Of a stretch of DNA of 64,000 bases, positions 11,093-26,000 are shown piece by piece. Every line of letters starts with the position of its first letter. The stretch's first letter is position 1. Source of the stretch: Utricularia gibba (Eukaryota > Plantae > Magnoliophyta); the NCBI GenBank assembly GCA_002189035.1, contig NEEC01000144.1, forward strand, positions 42,101-106,100, read 5' to 3'. The notes below the pieces were generated by a model. That model was not told where the DNA came from, ran no database searches, and worked only from the letters and a program-made list of their open reading frames with translations. A program made the position numbers and the translations under genes.

Positions 11093-14000
11093 GGCAAAAA
11101 AAGTGATCCATTTATTAACGTTGGGTTTTCGGCAGCTGCCTACATGGTTTCTGAAGGAAAAGCTTGTCGTTTTTGGGTGGGTGCTGTTGTTGGAACTTCG
11201 TCCGGACCCAAGGTTCGGTTCGACTCCTGAGCCCAATGGGTCCTATTCGACGAAAATCGTGATGCATTTTTTGAAGTTAGGATGTCATGAGCACCCCAAA
11301 TGGTTTTCTCATCCACAAGCTTTATATTTGAGGAGGCGCTCTCGAGGGCACAGGATCGGGCCGGAGGTCGGGTCGGGCTCGGCCCATAGTCATTTGTAGC
11401 CCGGCAAAAAAAGTGATCCATTTATTAACGTTGGGTTTTCGGCAGCTGCCTACATGGTTTCTGAAGGAAAAAGCTTGTCGTTTTTGGGTGGGTGCTTTCG
11501 TTGGGAATTCGTCCGGACCCAAGGTTCGGTTCGACTCCTGAGCCCAATGGGGTCCTATTCGACGAAAATCGTGATGCATTTTTTGAAGTTAGGATGTCAT
11601 GAGCACCCCAAATGGTTTTCTTGTCCACAAGCTTTATATTTGAGGAGGCGCTCTCGAGGGGCACCAGGATCGGCCGGAGGTCGGGTCGCTCGGCCCATAG
11701 TCATTTGTAGCCCGGCAAAAAAAGTGATCCATTTATTAACGTTGGTTTTCGGCAGCTGCCTACATGGTTTCTGAAGGAAAAGCTTGTCGTTTTTGGGAGG
11801 GTGCTTTTGTTTGGGAACTTCGTCCGGACCCAAGGTTCGGTTCGACTCTGAGCCCAATGGGGTCCTATTCGACGAAAATCGTGATGCATTTTTTGAAGTT
11901 AGGATGTCATGGGCACCCCAAATGGTTTTCTTGTCCACAAGCTTTATATTTGAGGAGGCGCTCTCGAGGGGCACTAGGATCTGGCCGGAGGTCGGTCGAA
12001 CTCGGGCCCATAGTCATTTGTAGCCCGGCAAAAAAAGTGATCCATTTATTAACGTTGGGTTTTCGGCAGCTGCCTACATGGTTTCTGAAGGAAAAGCTTG
12101 TCGTTTTTGGTAAGGTGCTTTCATTGGGAACTTCGTTCGGACCAATCGGTCCTATTCGACGAAAATCGTGATGCATTTATTGAAGTTAGGATGTCATGAG
12201 CACCCCAAATGGTTTTCTCATCCACAAGCTTTATATTTGAGGAGGCGCTCTCGAAGGCACCGGGATCGGCCGAGGTCGGGTCGGGCTCGGCCCATAGTCA
12301 TTTGTAGCCCGGCAAAAAAAGTGATCCATTTATTAACGTTGGGTTTTCGGCAGCTGCCTACATGGTTTCTGAAGGAAAAGCTTGTCGTTTTTGGGTGGGT
12401 GCTGTTGTTCGGAACTTCGTCCGGACCCAAGGTTCGGTTCGACTCCTGAGCCCAATCGGGTCCTATTCGACGAAAATCGTGATGCATTTTTTTGAAGTTA
12501 GGATGTCATGAGCACCCCAAATGGTTTTCTTGTCCACAAGCTTTATATTTGAGGAGGCGCTCTCGAGGGGCACTAGATCTGGCCGGAGGTCGGGTCGAAC
12601 TCGGCCCATAGTCATTTGTAGCCCCGGCAAAAAAAGTGATCCATTTATTAACGTTGGGTTTTTTCGGCAGCTGCCTACATTGTTTCTGAAGGAAAAGCTT
12701 GTCGTTTTTGGGTGGGTGCTTTGTTGGGAAGTTCATCCGGACCCAAGGTTCTGTTCGACTCCTGAGCCCAATGGGGTCCTATTCGACGAAAATCGTGATG
12801 CATTTTTTGAAGTTAGGATGTCATGAGCACCCCAAATGGTTTTCTTGTCCACAAGCTTTATATTTGAGGAGGCGCTCTCGAGGGCACTAGGATCTGCCGG
12901 AGGTCGGTCGAACTCGGGCCCATAGTCATTTGTAGCCCGGCAAAAAAAGTGATCCATTTATTAACGTTGGGTTTTCGGCAGCTGCCTACATGGTTTCTGA
13001 AGGAAAAGCTTGTCGTTTTTGGGTGGGTGCTTTTGTTGGAACTTCGTCCGGACCCAAGGTTCGGTTCGACTCCTGAGCCCAATGGGTCCTATTCGACGAA
13101 AATCGTGATGCATTTTTTGAAGTTAGGATGTCATGGCACCCCAAATGGTTTTCTTGTCCACAAGCTTTATATTTGAGGAGGCGCTCTCGAGGGGCACCAG
13201 GATCGGGCCGGAGGTCAGGTCGGGCTCGGCCCCATAGTCATTTGTAGCCCGGCAAAAATGTGATCCATTTATTAACGTTGGGTTTTCGGCACCGCCTACA
13301 GTTTGTGAAGGAAAAGCTTGTCGTTTTTGGGTGGGTGCTGTTGTTCGGAACTTCGTCCGGACCCAAGTTCGGTTCGACTCCTGAGCCCAATCGGTCCTAT
13401 TCGACGAAAATCGTGATGCATTTTTTGAAGTTAGGATGTCATGAGCACCCCAAATGGTTTTCTCAACCACATGCTTTTTATTTGAGGAGGCGCTCTCGAG
13501 GGGCACTAGGATCGGGCCGGAGGTCATATCGATCTCGGGCCCATAGTCATTTGTAGCCCGGCAAAAAAAGTGATCCATTTATTAACGTTGGGTTTTCGGC
13601 AGCTGTGGTTTCTGAAGGAAAAGCTTGTCGTTTTTGGGTGGGTGCTTTTTGGGAACTTCGTCCGGACCCAAGGTTCGGTTCGACTCCTGAGCCCAATGGG
13701 GTCCTATTCGACGAAAATGTGATGCATTTTTTGAAGTTAGGATGTTGGCACCAAATGGTTTTCTCAACCACATGCTTTTATTTGAGGAGGCGCTCTCGAG
13801 GGGCACTAGGATCTGGCCGGAGGTCGGTCGAACTCGGGCCCATAGTCATTTGTAGCCCGGCAAAAAAAGTGATCCATTTATTAACGTTGGGTTTTCGGCA
13901 GCTGCCTACATGGTTTCTGAAGGAAAAGCTTGTCGTTTTTGGGTGGGTGCTGTTGTTTCGGAACTTCGTCCGGACCCAAGGTTCGGTTCGACTCCTGAGC

Positions 14001-17000
14001 CCAATGGGTCCTATTCGACGAAAATCGTGATGCATTTTTTGAAGTTAGGATGTCATGAGCACCCCAAATGGTTTTCTCAACCACAAGCTTTTATTTGAGG
14101 AGGCGCTCTCGAGGGGCACTAGGATCTGGCCGGAGGTCAGGTCGAACTCGGGCCTAGTCATTTTGTAGCCCGGCAAAAAAGTGATCCATTTATTAACGTT
14201 GGGTTTTCGGCAGCTGCCTACATGGTTTCTGAAGGAAAAGCTTGTCGTTTTTGGGTGGGTGCTGTTGTTCGGAACTTCGTCCGGACCCAAGGTTCGGTTC
14301 GACTCCTGAGCCCAATCGGGTCCTATTCGACGAAATCGTGATGCATTTTTAAAGTTAGGATGTCATGAGCACCCCAAATGGTTTTCTCATCCACAAGCTT
14401 TATTTGAGGAGGCGCTCTCGAGGGGCACTAGGATCGGGCCGGAGGTCGGGTCGGGCTCGGCCATAGTCATTTGTAGCCCGGCAAAAAAAGTGATCCATTT
14501 ATTAACGTTGGGTTTTCGGCAGCTGCCTACATGGTTTCTGAAGGAAAAGCTTGTCGTTTTTGGGTGGGTGCTTTTGTTGGGAACTTCGTCCGGACCCAAG
14601 GTTCGGTTCGACTCTGAGCCCAATGGGGTCCTATTCGACGAAAATCGTGATGCATTTTTTGAAGTTAGGATGTCATGGGCACCCAAATGGTTTTCTTGTC
14701 CACAAGCTTTATATTTGAGGAGGCGCTCTCGAGGGGCACTAGGATCGGGCCGGAGGTCGGGTCGAACTCGGGCCCATAGTCATTTGTAGCCGGCAAAAAA
14801 TGTGATCCATTTATTAACGTTGGGTTTTTCGGCAGCCTACATGGTTTGTGAAGGAAAAGCTTGTCGTTTTTGGGTGGGTGCTGTTGTTGGGAACTTCGTC
14901 CGGACCCAAGGTTCGGTTCGACTCCTGAGCCCAATCGGGTCCTATTCGACGAAAATCGTGATGCATTTTTTGAAGTTAGGATGTCATGAGCACCAAATGG
15001 TTTTCTCCACAAGCTTTTTATTTGAGGAGGCGCTCTCGAGGGGCACTAGGATCGGGCCGGAGGTCATATCGATCTCGGCCCATAGTCATTTGTAGCCCGG
15101 CAAAAAAAGTGATCCATTATTAACGTTGGGTTTTCGGCAGCTGCCATGGTTTCTGAAGGAAAAGCTTGTCGTTTTTGGTTGGGTGCTTTCATTGGGAACT
15201 TCGTCCGGACCCAAGGTTCGGTTCGACTCCTGAGCCCAATGGGTCCTATTCGACGAAATCGTGATGCATTTTGAAGTTAGGATGTCATGAGCACCCCAAA
15301 TGGTTTTCTCAACCACATGCTTTTATTTGAGGAGGCGCTCTCGAGGGGCACTAGGATCTGGCCGGAGGTCGGGTCGAACTCGGCCCATAGTCATTTGTAG
15401 CCCGGCAAAAAAAGTGATCCATTTATTAACGTTGGGTTTTCGGCAGCTGCCTACATGGTTTCTGAAGGAAAAGCTTGTCGTTTTTGGGTGGGTGCTGTTG
15501 TTGGAAATTCGTCCGGACCCAAGGTTTCGTTCGACTCCTGAGCCCAATCGGGTCCTATTCGACGAAAATCGTGATGCATTTTTTGAAGTTAGGATGTCAT
15601 GAGCACCCAAATGGTTTTCTCAACCACAAGCTTTATATTTGAGGAGGCGCTCTCGAGGGGCACTAGGATCGGGCCGGAGGTCATTCGAACTCGGGCCCAT
15701 AGTCATTTGTAGCCCGGCAAAAAAAGTGATCCATTTATTAACGTTGGGTTTTCGGCAGCTGCCTACATGGTTTCTGAAGGAAAAGCTTGTCGTTTTTGGG
15801 TGGGTGCTTTGTTGGGAACTTCGTCCGGACCCAAGGTTCGGTTCGACTCCTGAGCCCAATCGGGTCCTATTCGACGAAAATCGTGATGCATTTTTGAAGT
15901 TAGGATGTCATGAGCACCCCAAATGGTTTTCTCACCACAAGCTTTATATTTGAGGAGGCGCTCTCGAGGGCACTAGGATCGGCCGGAGGTCGGTCGGGCT
16001 CGGGCCCATAGTCATTTGTAGCCCGGCAAAAAAAGTGATCCATTTATTAACGTTGGGTTTTCGGCAGCTGCCTACATGGTTTCTGAAGGAAAAGCTTGTC
16101 GTTTTTGGGTGGGTGCTTTGTTGGAAGTTCGTCCGGACCCAAGGTTCGGTTCGACTCCTGAGCCCAATCGGGTCCTATTCGACGAAAATCGTGATGCATT
16201 TTTGAAGTTAGGATGTCATGAGCACCCCAAATGGTTTTCTCATCCACAAGCTTTATATTTGAGGAGGCGCTCTCGAGGGGCACTAGGATCGGGCCGGAGG
16301 TCAGGTCGGGCTCGGGCCCATAGTCATTTGTAGCCCGGCAAAAAAAGTGATCCATTTATAACGTTGGGTTTTCGGCAGCTGCCTACATGGTTTCTGAAGG
16401 AAAAGCTTGTCGTTTTTGGGTGGGTGCTGTTGTTGGGAACTTCGTCCGGACCCAAGGTTCGGTTCGACTCCTGAGCCCAATGGGGTCCTATTCGACGAAA
16501 ATCGTGATGCATTTTTTGAAGTTAGGATGTCATGAGCACCCCAAATGGTTTTCTTGTCCACAAGCTTTATATTTGAGGAGGCGCTCTCGAGGGGCACTAG
16601 GATCGGCCGGAGGTCGGGTCGATCGGGCCCATAGTCATTTGTAGCCCGGCAAAAAAAGTGATCCATTTATTAACGTTGGGTTTTCGGCAGCTGCCTACAT
16701 GGTTTCTGAAGGAAAAGCTTGTCGTTTTTGGGTGGGTGCTTTGTTGGGAAGTTCATCCGGACCCAAGGTTCGTTCGACTCCTGAGCCCAATCGGGTCCTA
16801 TTCGACGAAAATCGTGATGCATTTTTGAAGTTAGGATGTCATGAGCACCCCAAATGGTTTTCTCAACCACAAGCTTTTTATTTGAGGAGGCGCTCTCGAG
16901 GGCACTAGGATCGGCCGGAGGTCGGGTCGAACTCGGGCCCATAGTCATTTGTAGCCCGGCAAAAAAAGTGATCCATTTATTAACGTTGGGTTTTCGGCAG

Positions 17001-20000
17001 CTGCCTACATGGTTTCTGAAGGAAAAGCTTGTCGTTTTTGGGTGGGTGCTTTGTTGGGAACTTCGTCCGGACCCAAGGTTCGGTTCGACTCCTGAGCCCA
17101 ATGGGGTCCTATTCGACGAAAATCGTGATGCATTTTTTGAAGTTAGGATGTCATGAGCACCCCAAATGGTTTTCTCATCCACAAGCTTTATATTTGAGGA
17201 GGCGCTCTCGAGGGCACCGGGATCGGGCCGGAGGTCGGGTCGGGCTCGGCCCCATAGTCATTTGTAGCCCGGCAAAAAAAGTGATCCATTTATTAACGTT
17301 GGGTTTTCGGCAGCTGCCTACATGGTTTCTGAAGGAAAAGCTTGTCGTTTTTGGGTGGGTGCTTTGTTGGAATTCGTCCGGACCCAAGGTTCGGTTCGAC
17401 TCCTGAGCCCAATCGGGTCCTATTCGACGAAAATCGTGATGCATTTTTTGAAGTTAGGATGTCATGAGCACCCAAATGGTTTTCTCATCCACAAGCTTTA
17501 TATTTGAGGAGGCGCTCTCGAGGGGCACCGGGATCGGGCCGGAGGTCGGGTCGGGCTCGGCCCATAGTCATTTGTAGCCCGGCAAAAAAAGTGATCCATT
17601 TATTAACGTTGGGTTTTCGGCAGCTGCCTACATGGTTTCTGAAGGAAAAGCTTGTCGTTTTTGGGTGGGTGCTGTTTTTTGGAATTCGTCCGGACCCAAG
17701 GTTCGGTTCGACTCCTGAGCCCAATCGGGTCCTATTCGACGAAAATCGTGATGCATTTTTGAAGTTAGGATGTCATGAGCACCCCAAATGGTTTTCTTGT
17801 CCACAAGCTTTATATTTGAGGAGGCGCTCTCGAGGGGCACTAGGATCGGCCGGAGGTCGGGTCGAACTCGGGCCCATAGTCATTTGTAGCCCGGCAAAAA
17901 AAGTGATCCATTTATTAACGTTGGGTTTTCGGCAGCTGCCTACATGTTTCTGAAGGAAAAGCTTGTCGTTTTTGGGTGGGTGCTTTGTTGGGAATTCGTC
18001 CGGACCCAAGGTTCGGTTCGACTCCTGAGCCCAATGGGGTCCTATTCGACGAAAATCGTGATGCATTTTTTGAAGTTAGGATGTCATGAGCACCCCAAAT
18101 GGTTTTCTTGTCCACAAGCTTTATATTTGAGGAGGCGCTCTCGAGGGGCACTAGGATCGGGCCGGAGGTCGGTCGGGCTCGGCCCATAGTCATTTGTAGC
18201 CCGGCAAAAAAAGTGATCCATTTATTAACGTTGGGTTTTCGGCACCTGCCTACATGGTTTCTGAAGGAAAAGCTTGTCGTTTTTGGGTGGGTGCTGTTGT
18301 TCGGAAATTCGTCCGGACCCAAGGTTCGGTTCGACTCCTGAGCCCAATCGGGTCCTATTCGACGAAAATCGTGATGCATTTTTTGAAGTTAGGATGTCAT
18401 GAGCACCCCAAATGGTTTTCTCAACCACATGCTTTATTTGAGGAGGCGCTCTCGAGGGGCACTAGGATCGGGCCGGAGGTCATATCGATCTCGGGCCCAT
18501 AGTCATTTGTAGCCCGGCAAAAAAAGTGATCCATTTATTAACGTTGGGTTTTCGGCAGCTGCCTACATGGTTTCTGAAGGAAAAGCTTGTCGTTTTTGGG
18601 TGGGTGCTTTTTTGGGAACTTCGTCCGGACCCAAGGTTCGGTTCGACTCCTGAGCCCAATGGGGTCCTATTCGACGAAAATCGTGATGCATTTTTTGAAG
18701 TTAGGATGTCATGAGCACCCCAAATGGTTTTCTTGTCCACAAGCTTTATATTTGAGGAGGCGCTCTCGAGGGGCACCAGGATCGGGCCGGAGGTCAGGTC
18801 GGGCTCGGCCCCATAGTCATTTGTAGCCCGGCAAAAAAAGTGATCCATTTATTAACGTTGGGTTTTCGGCAGCTGCCTACATGGTTTCTGAAGGAAAAGC
18901 TTGTCGTTTTTGGGTGGGTGCTTTGTTGGAAATTCGTCCGGACCCAAGGTTCGGTTCGACTCCTGAGCCCAATCGGGTCCTATTCGACGAAAATCGTGAT
19001 GCATTTTTGAAGTTAGGATGTCATGAGCACCCCAAATGGTTTTCTCAACCACAAGCTTTATATTTGAGGAGGCGCTCTCGAGGGGCACTAGGATCGGCCG
19101 GAGGTCGGGTCGAACTCGGGCCCATAGTCATTTGTAGCCCGGCAAAAAAAGTGATCCATTTATTAACGTTGGGTTTTCGGCAGCTGCCTACATGGTTTCT
19201 GAAGGAAAAGCTTGTCGTTTTTGGGTGGGTGCTGTTGTTCGGAACTTCGTCCGGACCCAAGGTTCGGTTCGACTCCTGAGCCCAATCGGGTCCTATTCGA
19301 CGAAAATCGTGATGCATTTTTTGAAGTTAGGATGTCATGAGCACCCCAAATGGTTTTCTCAACCACAAGCTTTTTATTTGAGGAGGCGCTCTCGAGGGGC
19401 ACTAGGATCGGGCCGGAGGTCATATCGATCTCGGGCCCATAGTCATTTGTAGCCCGGCAAAAAAAGTGATCCATTTATTAACGTTGGGTTTTCGGCAGCT
19501 GCCTACATGGTTTCTGAAGGAAAAGCTTGTCGTTTTTGGGTGGGTGCTTTGTTGGGAACTCGTCCGGACCCAAGGTTCGGTTCGACTCCTGAGCCCAATG
19601 GGGTCCTATTCGACGAAAATCGTGATGCATTTTTTGAAGTTAGGATGTCATGAGCACCCCAAATGGTTTTCTGTCCACAAGCTTTATATTTGAGGAGGCG
19701 CTCTCGAGGGGCACCAGGATCGGGCCGAGGTCAGGTCGGGCTCGGCCCCATAGTCATTTGTAGCCCGGCAAAAAAGTGATCCATTTATTAACGTTGGGTT
19801 TTCGGCACTGCCTACATGGTTTCTGAAGGAAAAGCTTGTCGTTTTTGGGTGGGTGCTTTGTTCGGAAATTCGTCCGGACCAAGGTTTCGGTTCGACTCCT
19901 GAGCCCCAATCGGGTCCTATTCGACGAAAATCGTGATGCATTTTTGAAGTTAGGATGTCATGAGCACCCCAAAATGGTTTTCTCAACACATGCTTTTTAT

Positions 20001-23000
20001 TTGAGGAGGCGCTCTCGAGGGGCACTAGGATCGGCCGGAGGTCGGGTCGAACTCGGGCCCATAGTCATTTGTAGCCCGGCAAAAAAAGTGATCCATTTAT
20101 TAACGTTGGGTTTTCGGCACCTGCCTACATGTTTCTGAAGGAAAAGCTTGTCGTTTTTGGGTGGGTGCTGTTGTTCGGAACTTCGTCCGGACCCAAGGTT
20201 CGGTTCGACTCCTGAGCCCAATCGGGTCCTATTCGACGAAAATCGTGATGCATTTTTTGAAGTTAGGATGTCATGAGCACCCCAAATGGTTTTCTCAACC
20301 ACATGCTTTTTATTTGAGGAGGCGCTCTCGAGGGGCACTAGGATCGGGCCGGAGGTCATATCGATCTCGGGCCCATAGTCATTTGTAGCCCGGCAAAAAA
20401 AGTGATCCATTTATTAACGTTGGGTTTTCGGCAGCTGCCTACATGGTTTCTGAAAAAGCTTGTCGTTTTTGGGAGGGTGCTGTTGTTGGGAACTTCGTCC
20501 GGACCCAAGGTTCGGTTCGACTCCTGAGCCCAATGGGTCCTATTCGACGAAAATCGTGATGCATTTTTTGAAGTTAGGATGTCATGGCACCCCCAAATGG
20601 TTTTCTTGTCCACAAGCTTTATATTTGAGGAGGCGCTCTCGAGGGCACTAGGATCTGGCCGGAGGTCGGGTCGAACTCGGGCCCATAGTCATTTGTAGCC
20701 CGGCAAAAAAAGTGATCCATTTATTAACGTTGGGTTTTCGGCAGCTGCCTACATGTTTCTGAAGGAAAAGCTTGTCGTTTTTGGGTGGGTGCTTTCGTTG
20801 GGAATTCATCCGGACCCAAGGTTCGTTCGACTCCTGAGCCCAATGGGGTCCTATTCGACGAAAATCGTGATGCATTTTTTGAAGTTAGGATGTCATGAGC
20901 ACCCCAAATGGTTTCTTGTCCACAAGCTTTATATTTGAGGAGGCGCTCTCGAGGGCACCAGGATCGGGCCGGAGGTCAGGTCGGGCTCGGCCCCATAGTC
21001 ATTTGTAGCCCGGCAAAAAAAGTGATCCATTTTAACGTTGGGTTTTCGGCAGCTGCCTACATGGTTTCTGAAGGAAAAGCTTGTCGTTTTTGGGTGGGGT
21101 GCTGTTGTTCGGAACTTCGTCCGGACCCAAGGTTCGGTTCGACTCCTGAGCCCAATCGGGTCCTATTCGACGAAAATCGTGATGCATTTTTTGAAGTTAG
21201 GATGTCATGAGCACCCCAAATGGTTTTCTCAACCACATGCTTTTTATTTGAGGAGGCGCTCTCGAGGGGCACTAGGATCGGGCCGGAGGTCGTCGATCTC
21301 GGCCCATAGTCATTTGTAGCCCGGCAAAAAAGTGATCCATTTATTAACGTTGGGTTTTCGGCAGCTGCCTACATGGTTTCTGAAGGAAAAGCTTGTCGTT
21401 TTTGGTGGTGCTTTTTGGGAACTTCGTTCGGACCCAATCCGGTCCTATTCGACGAAAATCGTGATGCATTTTTGAAGTTAGGATGTCATGAGCACCCCAA
21501 ATGGTTTTCTCATCCACAAGCTTTATATTTGAGGAGGCGCTCTCGAGGGCACCGGGATCGGCCGGAGGTCGGGTCGGGCTCGGGCCCATAGTCATTTGTA
21601 GCCCGGCAAAAAAAGTGATCCATTTATTAACGTTGGGTTTTCGGCAGCTGCCTACATGGTTTCTGAAGGAAAAGCTTGTCGTTTTTGGGTGGGTGCTGTT
21701 GTTCGGAACTTCGTCCGGACCCAAGGTTCGGTTCGACTCCTGAGCCCAATCGGGTCCTATTCGACGAAAATCGTGATGCATTTTTTGAAGTTAGGATGTC
21801 ATGAGCACCCCAAATGGTTTTCTTGTCCACAAGCTTTATATTTGAGGAGGCGCTCTCGAGGGGCACTAGGATCGGCCGGAGGTCGGGTCGAACTCGGGCC
21901 CATAGTCATTTGTAGCCCGGCAAAAAAAGTGATCCATTTATAACGTTGGGTTTTCGGCAGCTGCCTACATGGTTTCTGAAGGAAAAGCTTGTCGTTTTTG
22001 GGTGGGTGCTTTTGTTGGAATTCATCCGGACCCAAGGTTCGGTTCGACTCCTGAGCCAATGGGTCCTATTCGACGAAAATCGTGATGCATTTTTGAAGTT
22101 AGGATGTCATGAGCACCCCAAATGGTTTTCTTGTCCACAAGCTTTATATTTGAGGAGGCGCTCTCGAGGGCACTAGGATCGGGCCGGAGGTCAGGTCGGG
22201 CTCGGCCCCATAGTCATTTGTAGCCCGGCAAAAAAGTGATCCATTTATTAACGTTGGGTTTTCGGCACTGCCTACATGGTTTCTGAAGGAAAAGCTTGTC
22301 GTTTTTGGGTGGGTGCTGTTGTTCGGAAATTCGTCCGGACCAAGGTTCGGTTCGACTCCTGAGCCCAATCGGGTCCTATTCGACGAAAATCGTGATGCAT
22401 TTTTTGAAGTTAGGATGTCATGAGCACCCCAAATGGTTTTCTCAACCACATGCTTTTTATTTGAGGAGGGCGCTCTCGAGGGGCACTAGGATCGGGCCGG
22501 AGGTCATATCGATCTCGGGCCCATAGTCATTTGTAGCCCGGCAAAAAAAGTGATCCATTTTAACGTTGGGTTTTCGGCAGCTGCCTACATGGTTTCTGAA
22601 GGAAAAGCTTGTCGTTTTTGGGTGGGTGCTTTGTTGGGAACTTCGTCCGGACCCAAGGTTCGGTTCGACTCCTGAGCCCAATCGGTCCTATTCGACGAAA
22701 ATCGTGATGCATTTATTGAAGTTAGGATGTCATGAGCACCCCAAATGGTTTTCTCACCACAAGCTTTATATTTGAGAAGGCGCTCTCGAGGGGCACTAGG
22801 ATCTGGCCGGAGTCGGGTCGAACTCGGGCCCATAGTCATTTGTAGCCCGGCAAAAAAAGTGATCCATTTATTAACGTTGGGTTTTCGGCAGCTGCCTACA
22901 TGTTTCTGAAGGAAAAGCTTGTCGTTTTTGGGTGGGTGCTTTGTTGGAAGTTCCCGGACCCAAGGTTCTGTTCGACTCCTGAGCCAATCGGGTCCTATTC

Positions 23001-26000
23001 GACGAAAATCGTGATGCATTTTTAAAGTTAGGATGTCATGAGCACCCCAAATGGTTTTCTCATCCACAAGCTTTATATTTGAGGAGGCGCTCTCGAGGGG
23101 CACCGGGATCGGGCCGGAGGGTCTCGGGCTATAGTCATTTGTAGCCCGGCAAAAAAAGTGATCCATTTATTAACGTTGGGTTTTCGGCAGCTGCCTACAT
23201 GGTTTCTGAAGGAAAAGCTTGTCGTTTTTGGGAGGGTGCTGTTGTTGGGAACTTCGTCCGGACCCAAGGTTCGGTTCGACTCTTGAGCCCAATGGGGTCC
23301 TATTCGACGAAAATCGTGATGCATTTTTTGAAGTTAGGATGTCATGAGCACCCCAAATGGTTTTCTTGTCCACAAGCTTTATATTTGAGGAGGCGCTCTC
23401 GAGGGGCACTAGGATCGGCCGGAGGTCGGGTCGAACTCGGGCCCATAGTCATTTGTAGCCCGGCAAAAAAAGTGATCCATTTATTAACGTTGGGTTTTCG
23501 GCACCTGCCTACATGTTTCTGAAGGAAAAGCTTGTCGTTTTTGGGGGGTGCTTTGTTGGGAAGTTCGTCCGGACCCAAGGTTCGTTCGACTCCTGAGCCC
23601 AATCGGGTCCTATTCGACGAAAATCGTGATGCATTTTTGAAGTTAGGATGTCATGAGCACCCCAAATGGTTTTCTCACACAAGCTTTTTATTTGAGGAGG
23701 CGCTCTCGAGGGGCACTAGGATCGGCCGGAGGTCAGGTCGAACTCGGGCCCATAGTCATTTGTAGCCCGGCAAAAAAAGTGATCCATTTATAACGTTGGG
23801 TTTTCGGCAGCTGCCTACATGGTTTCTGAAGGAAAAGCTTGTCGTTTTTGGGTGGGTGCTGTTGTTCGGAACTTCGTCCGGACCAAGGTTCGGTTCGACT
23901 CCTGAGCCCAATCGGGTCCTATTCGACGAAAATCGTGATGCATTTTTGAAGTTAGGATGTCATGAGCACCCCAAATGGTTTTCTCATCCACAAGCTTTAT
24001 ATTTGAGGAGGCGCTCTCGAGGGGCACCGGGATCGGGCCGGAGGTCGGGTCGGGCTCGGCCCATAGTCATTTGTAGCCCGGCAAAAAAAGTGATCCATTT
24101 ATTAACGTTGGGTTTCGGCAGCTGCCTACATGGTTTCTGAAGGAAAAGCTTGTCGTTTTTGGGTGGGTGCTTTTGTTGGGAATTCATCCGGACCCAAGGT
24201 TCGGTTCGACTCCTGAGCCCAATGGGGTCCTATTCGACGAAAATCGTGATGCATTTTTTTGAAGTTAGGATGTCATGAGCACCCCAAATGGTTTTCTCAA
24301 CCACAAGCTTTTTATTTGAGGAGGCGCTCTCGAGGGGCACTAGGATCTGGCCGGAGGTCGGGTCGAACTCGGGCCCATAGTCATTTGTAGCCCGGCAAAA
24401 AAAGTGATCCATTTATTAACGTTGGGTTTTCGGCAGCTGCCTACATGGTTTCTGAAGGAAAAGCTTGTCGTTTTTGGGTGGGTGCTTTTGTTGGGAATTC
24501 GTCCGGACCCAAGGTTCGGTTCGACTCCTGAGCCCAATCGGGTCCTATTCGACGAAAATCGTGATGCATTTTTAAAGTTAGGATGTCATGAGCACCCCAA
24601 ATGGTTTTCTCATCCACAAGCTTTATATTTGAGGAGGCGCTCTCGAGGGGCACCGGGATCGGGCCGGAGGGGTCGGGCTCGGGCCCATAGTCATTTGTAG
24701 CCGGCAAAAAAAGTGATCCATTTATAACGTTGGGTTTTCGGCAGCTGCCTACATGGTTTCTGAAGGAAAAGCTTGTCGTTTTTGGGTGGGTGCTTTTTTG
24801 GAAATTCGTCCGGACCCAAGGTTCGGTTCGACTCCTGAGCCAATCGGGTCCTATTCGACGAAAATCGTGATGCATTTTTGAAGTTAGGATGTCATGAGCA
24901 CCCCAAATGGTTTTCTTGTCCACAAGCTTTATATTTGAGGAGGCGCTCTCGAGGGGCACTAGGATCGGCCGGAGGTCGGGTCGAACTCGGCCCATAGTCA
25001 TTTGTAGCCCGGCAAAAAAGTGATCCATTTATTAACGTTGGGTTTTCGGCAGCTGCCTACATGGTTTCTTAAGGAAAAGCTTGTCGTTTTTGGTGGTGCT
25101 TTCATTGGGAACTTCGTTCGGACCAATCCGGTCCTATTCGACGAAAATCGTGATGCATTTATTGAAGTTAGGATGTCATGAGCACCCCAAATGGTTTTCT
25201 CTCATCCACAAGCTTTATATTTGAGGAGGCGCTCTCGAGGGCACCGGGATCGGCCGGAGGTCGGGTCGGGCTCGGGCCCATAGTCATTTGTAGCCCGGCA
25301 AAAAAAGTGATCCATTTATTAACGTTGGGTTTTCGGCAGCTGCCTACATGGTTTCTGAAGGAAAAGCTTGTCGTTTTTGGGTGGGTGCTGTTGTTCGGAA
25401 CTTCGTCCGGACCCAAGGTTCGGTTCGACTCCTGAGCCCAATCGGGTCCTATTCGACGAAAATCGTGATGCATTTTTTGAAGTTAGGATGTCATGAGCAC
25501 CCCAAATGGTTTTCTTGTCCACAAGCTTTATATTTGAGGAGGCGCTCTCGAGGGGCACTAGGATCGGCCGGAGGTCGGGTCGAACTCGGGCCCATAGTCA
25601 TTTGTAGCCCGGCAAAAAAAGTGATCCATTTATTAACGTTGGGTTTTCGGCAGCTGCCTACATGTTTCTGAAGGAAAAGCTTGTCGTTTTTGGGTGGGTG
25701 CTTTCGTTGGGAATTCGTCGGACCCAAGGTTCGGTTCGACTCCTGAGCCCAATGGGGTCCTATTCGACGAAAATCGTGATGCATTTTTTGAAGTTAGGAT
25801 GTCATGAGCACCCCAAATGGTTTTCTTGTCCACAAGCTTTATATTTGAGGAGGCGCTCTCGAGGGGCACCAGGATCGGGCCGGAGGTCGGTCGGGCTCGG
25901 CCCCATAGTCATTTGTAGCCCGGCAAAAAAGTGATCCATTTATTAACGTTGGGTTTTTCGGCAGCCTGCCTACATGGTTTTGAAGGAAAAGCTTGTCGTT

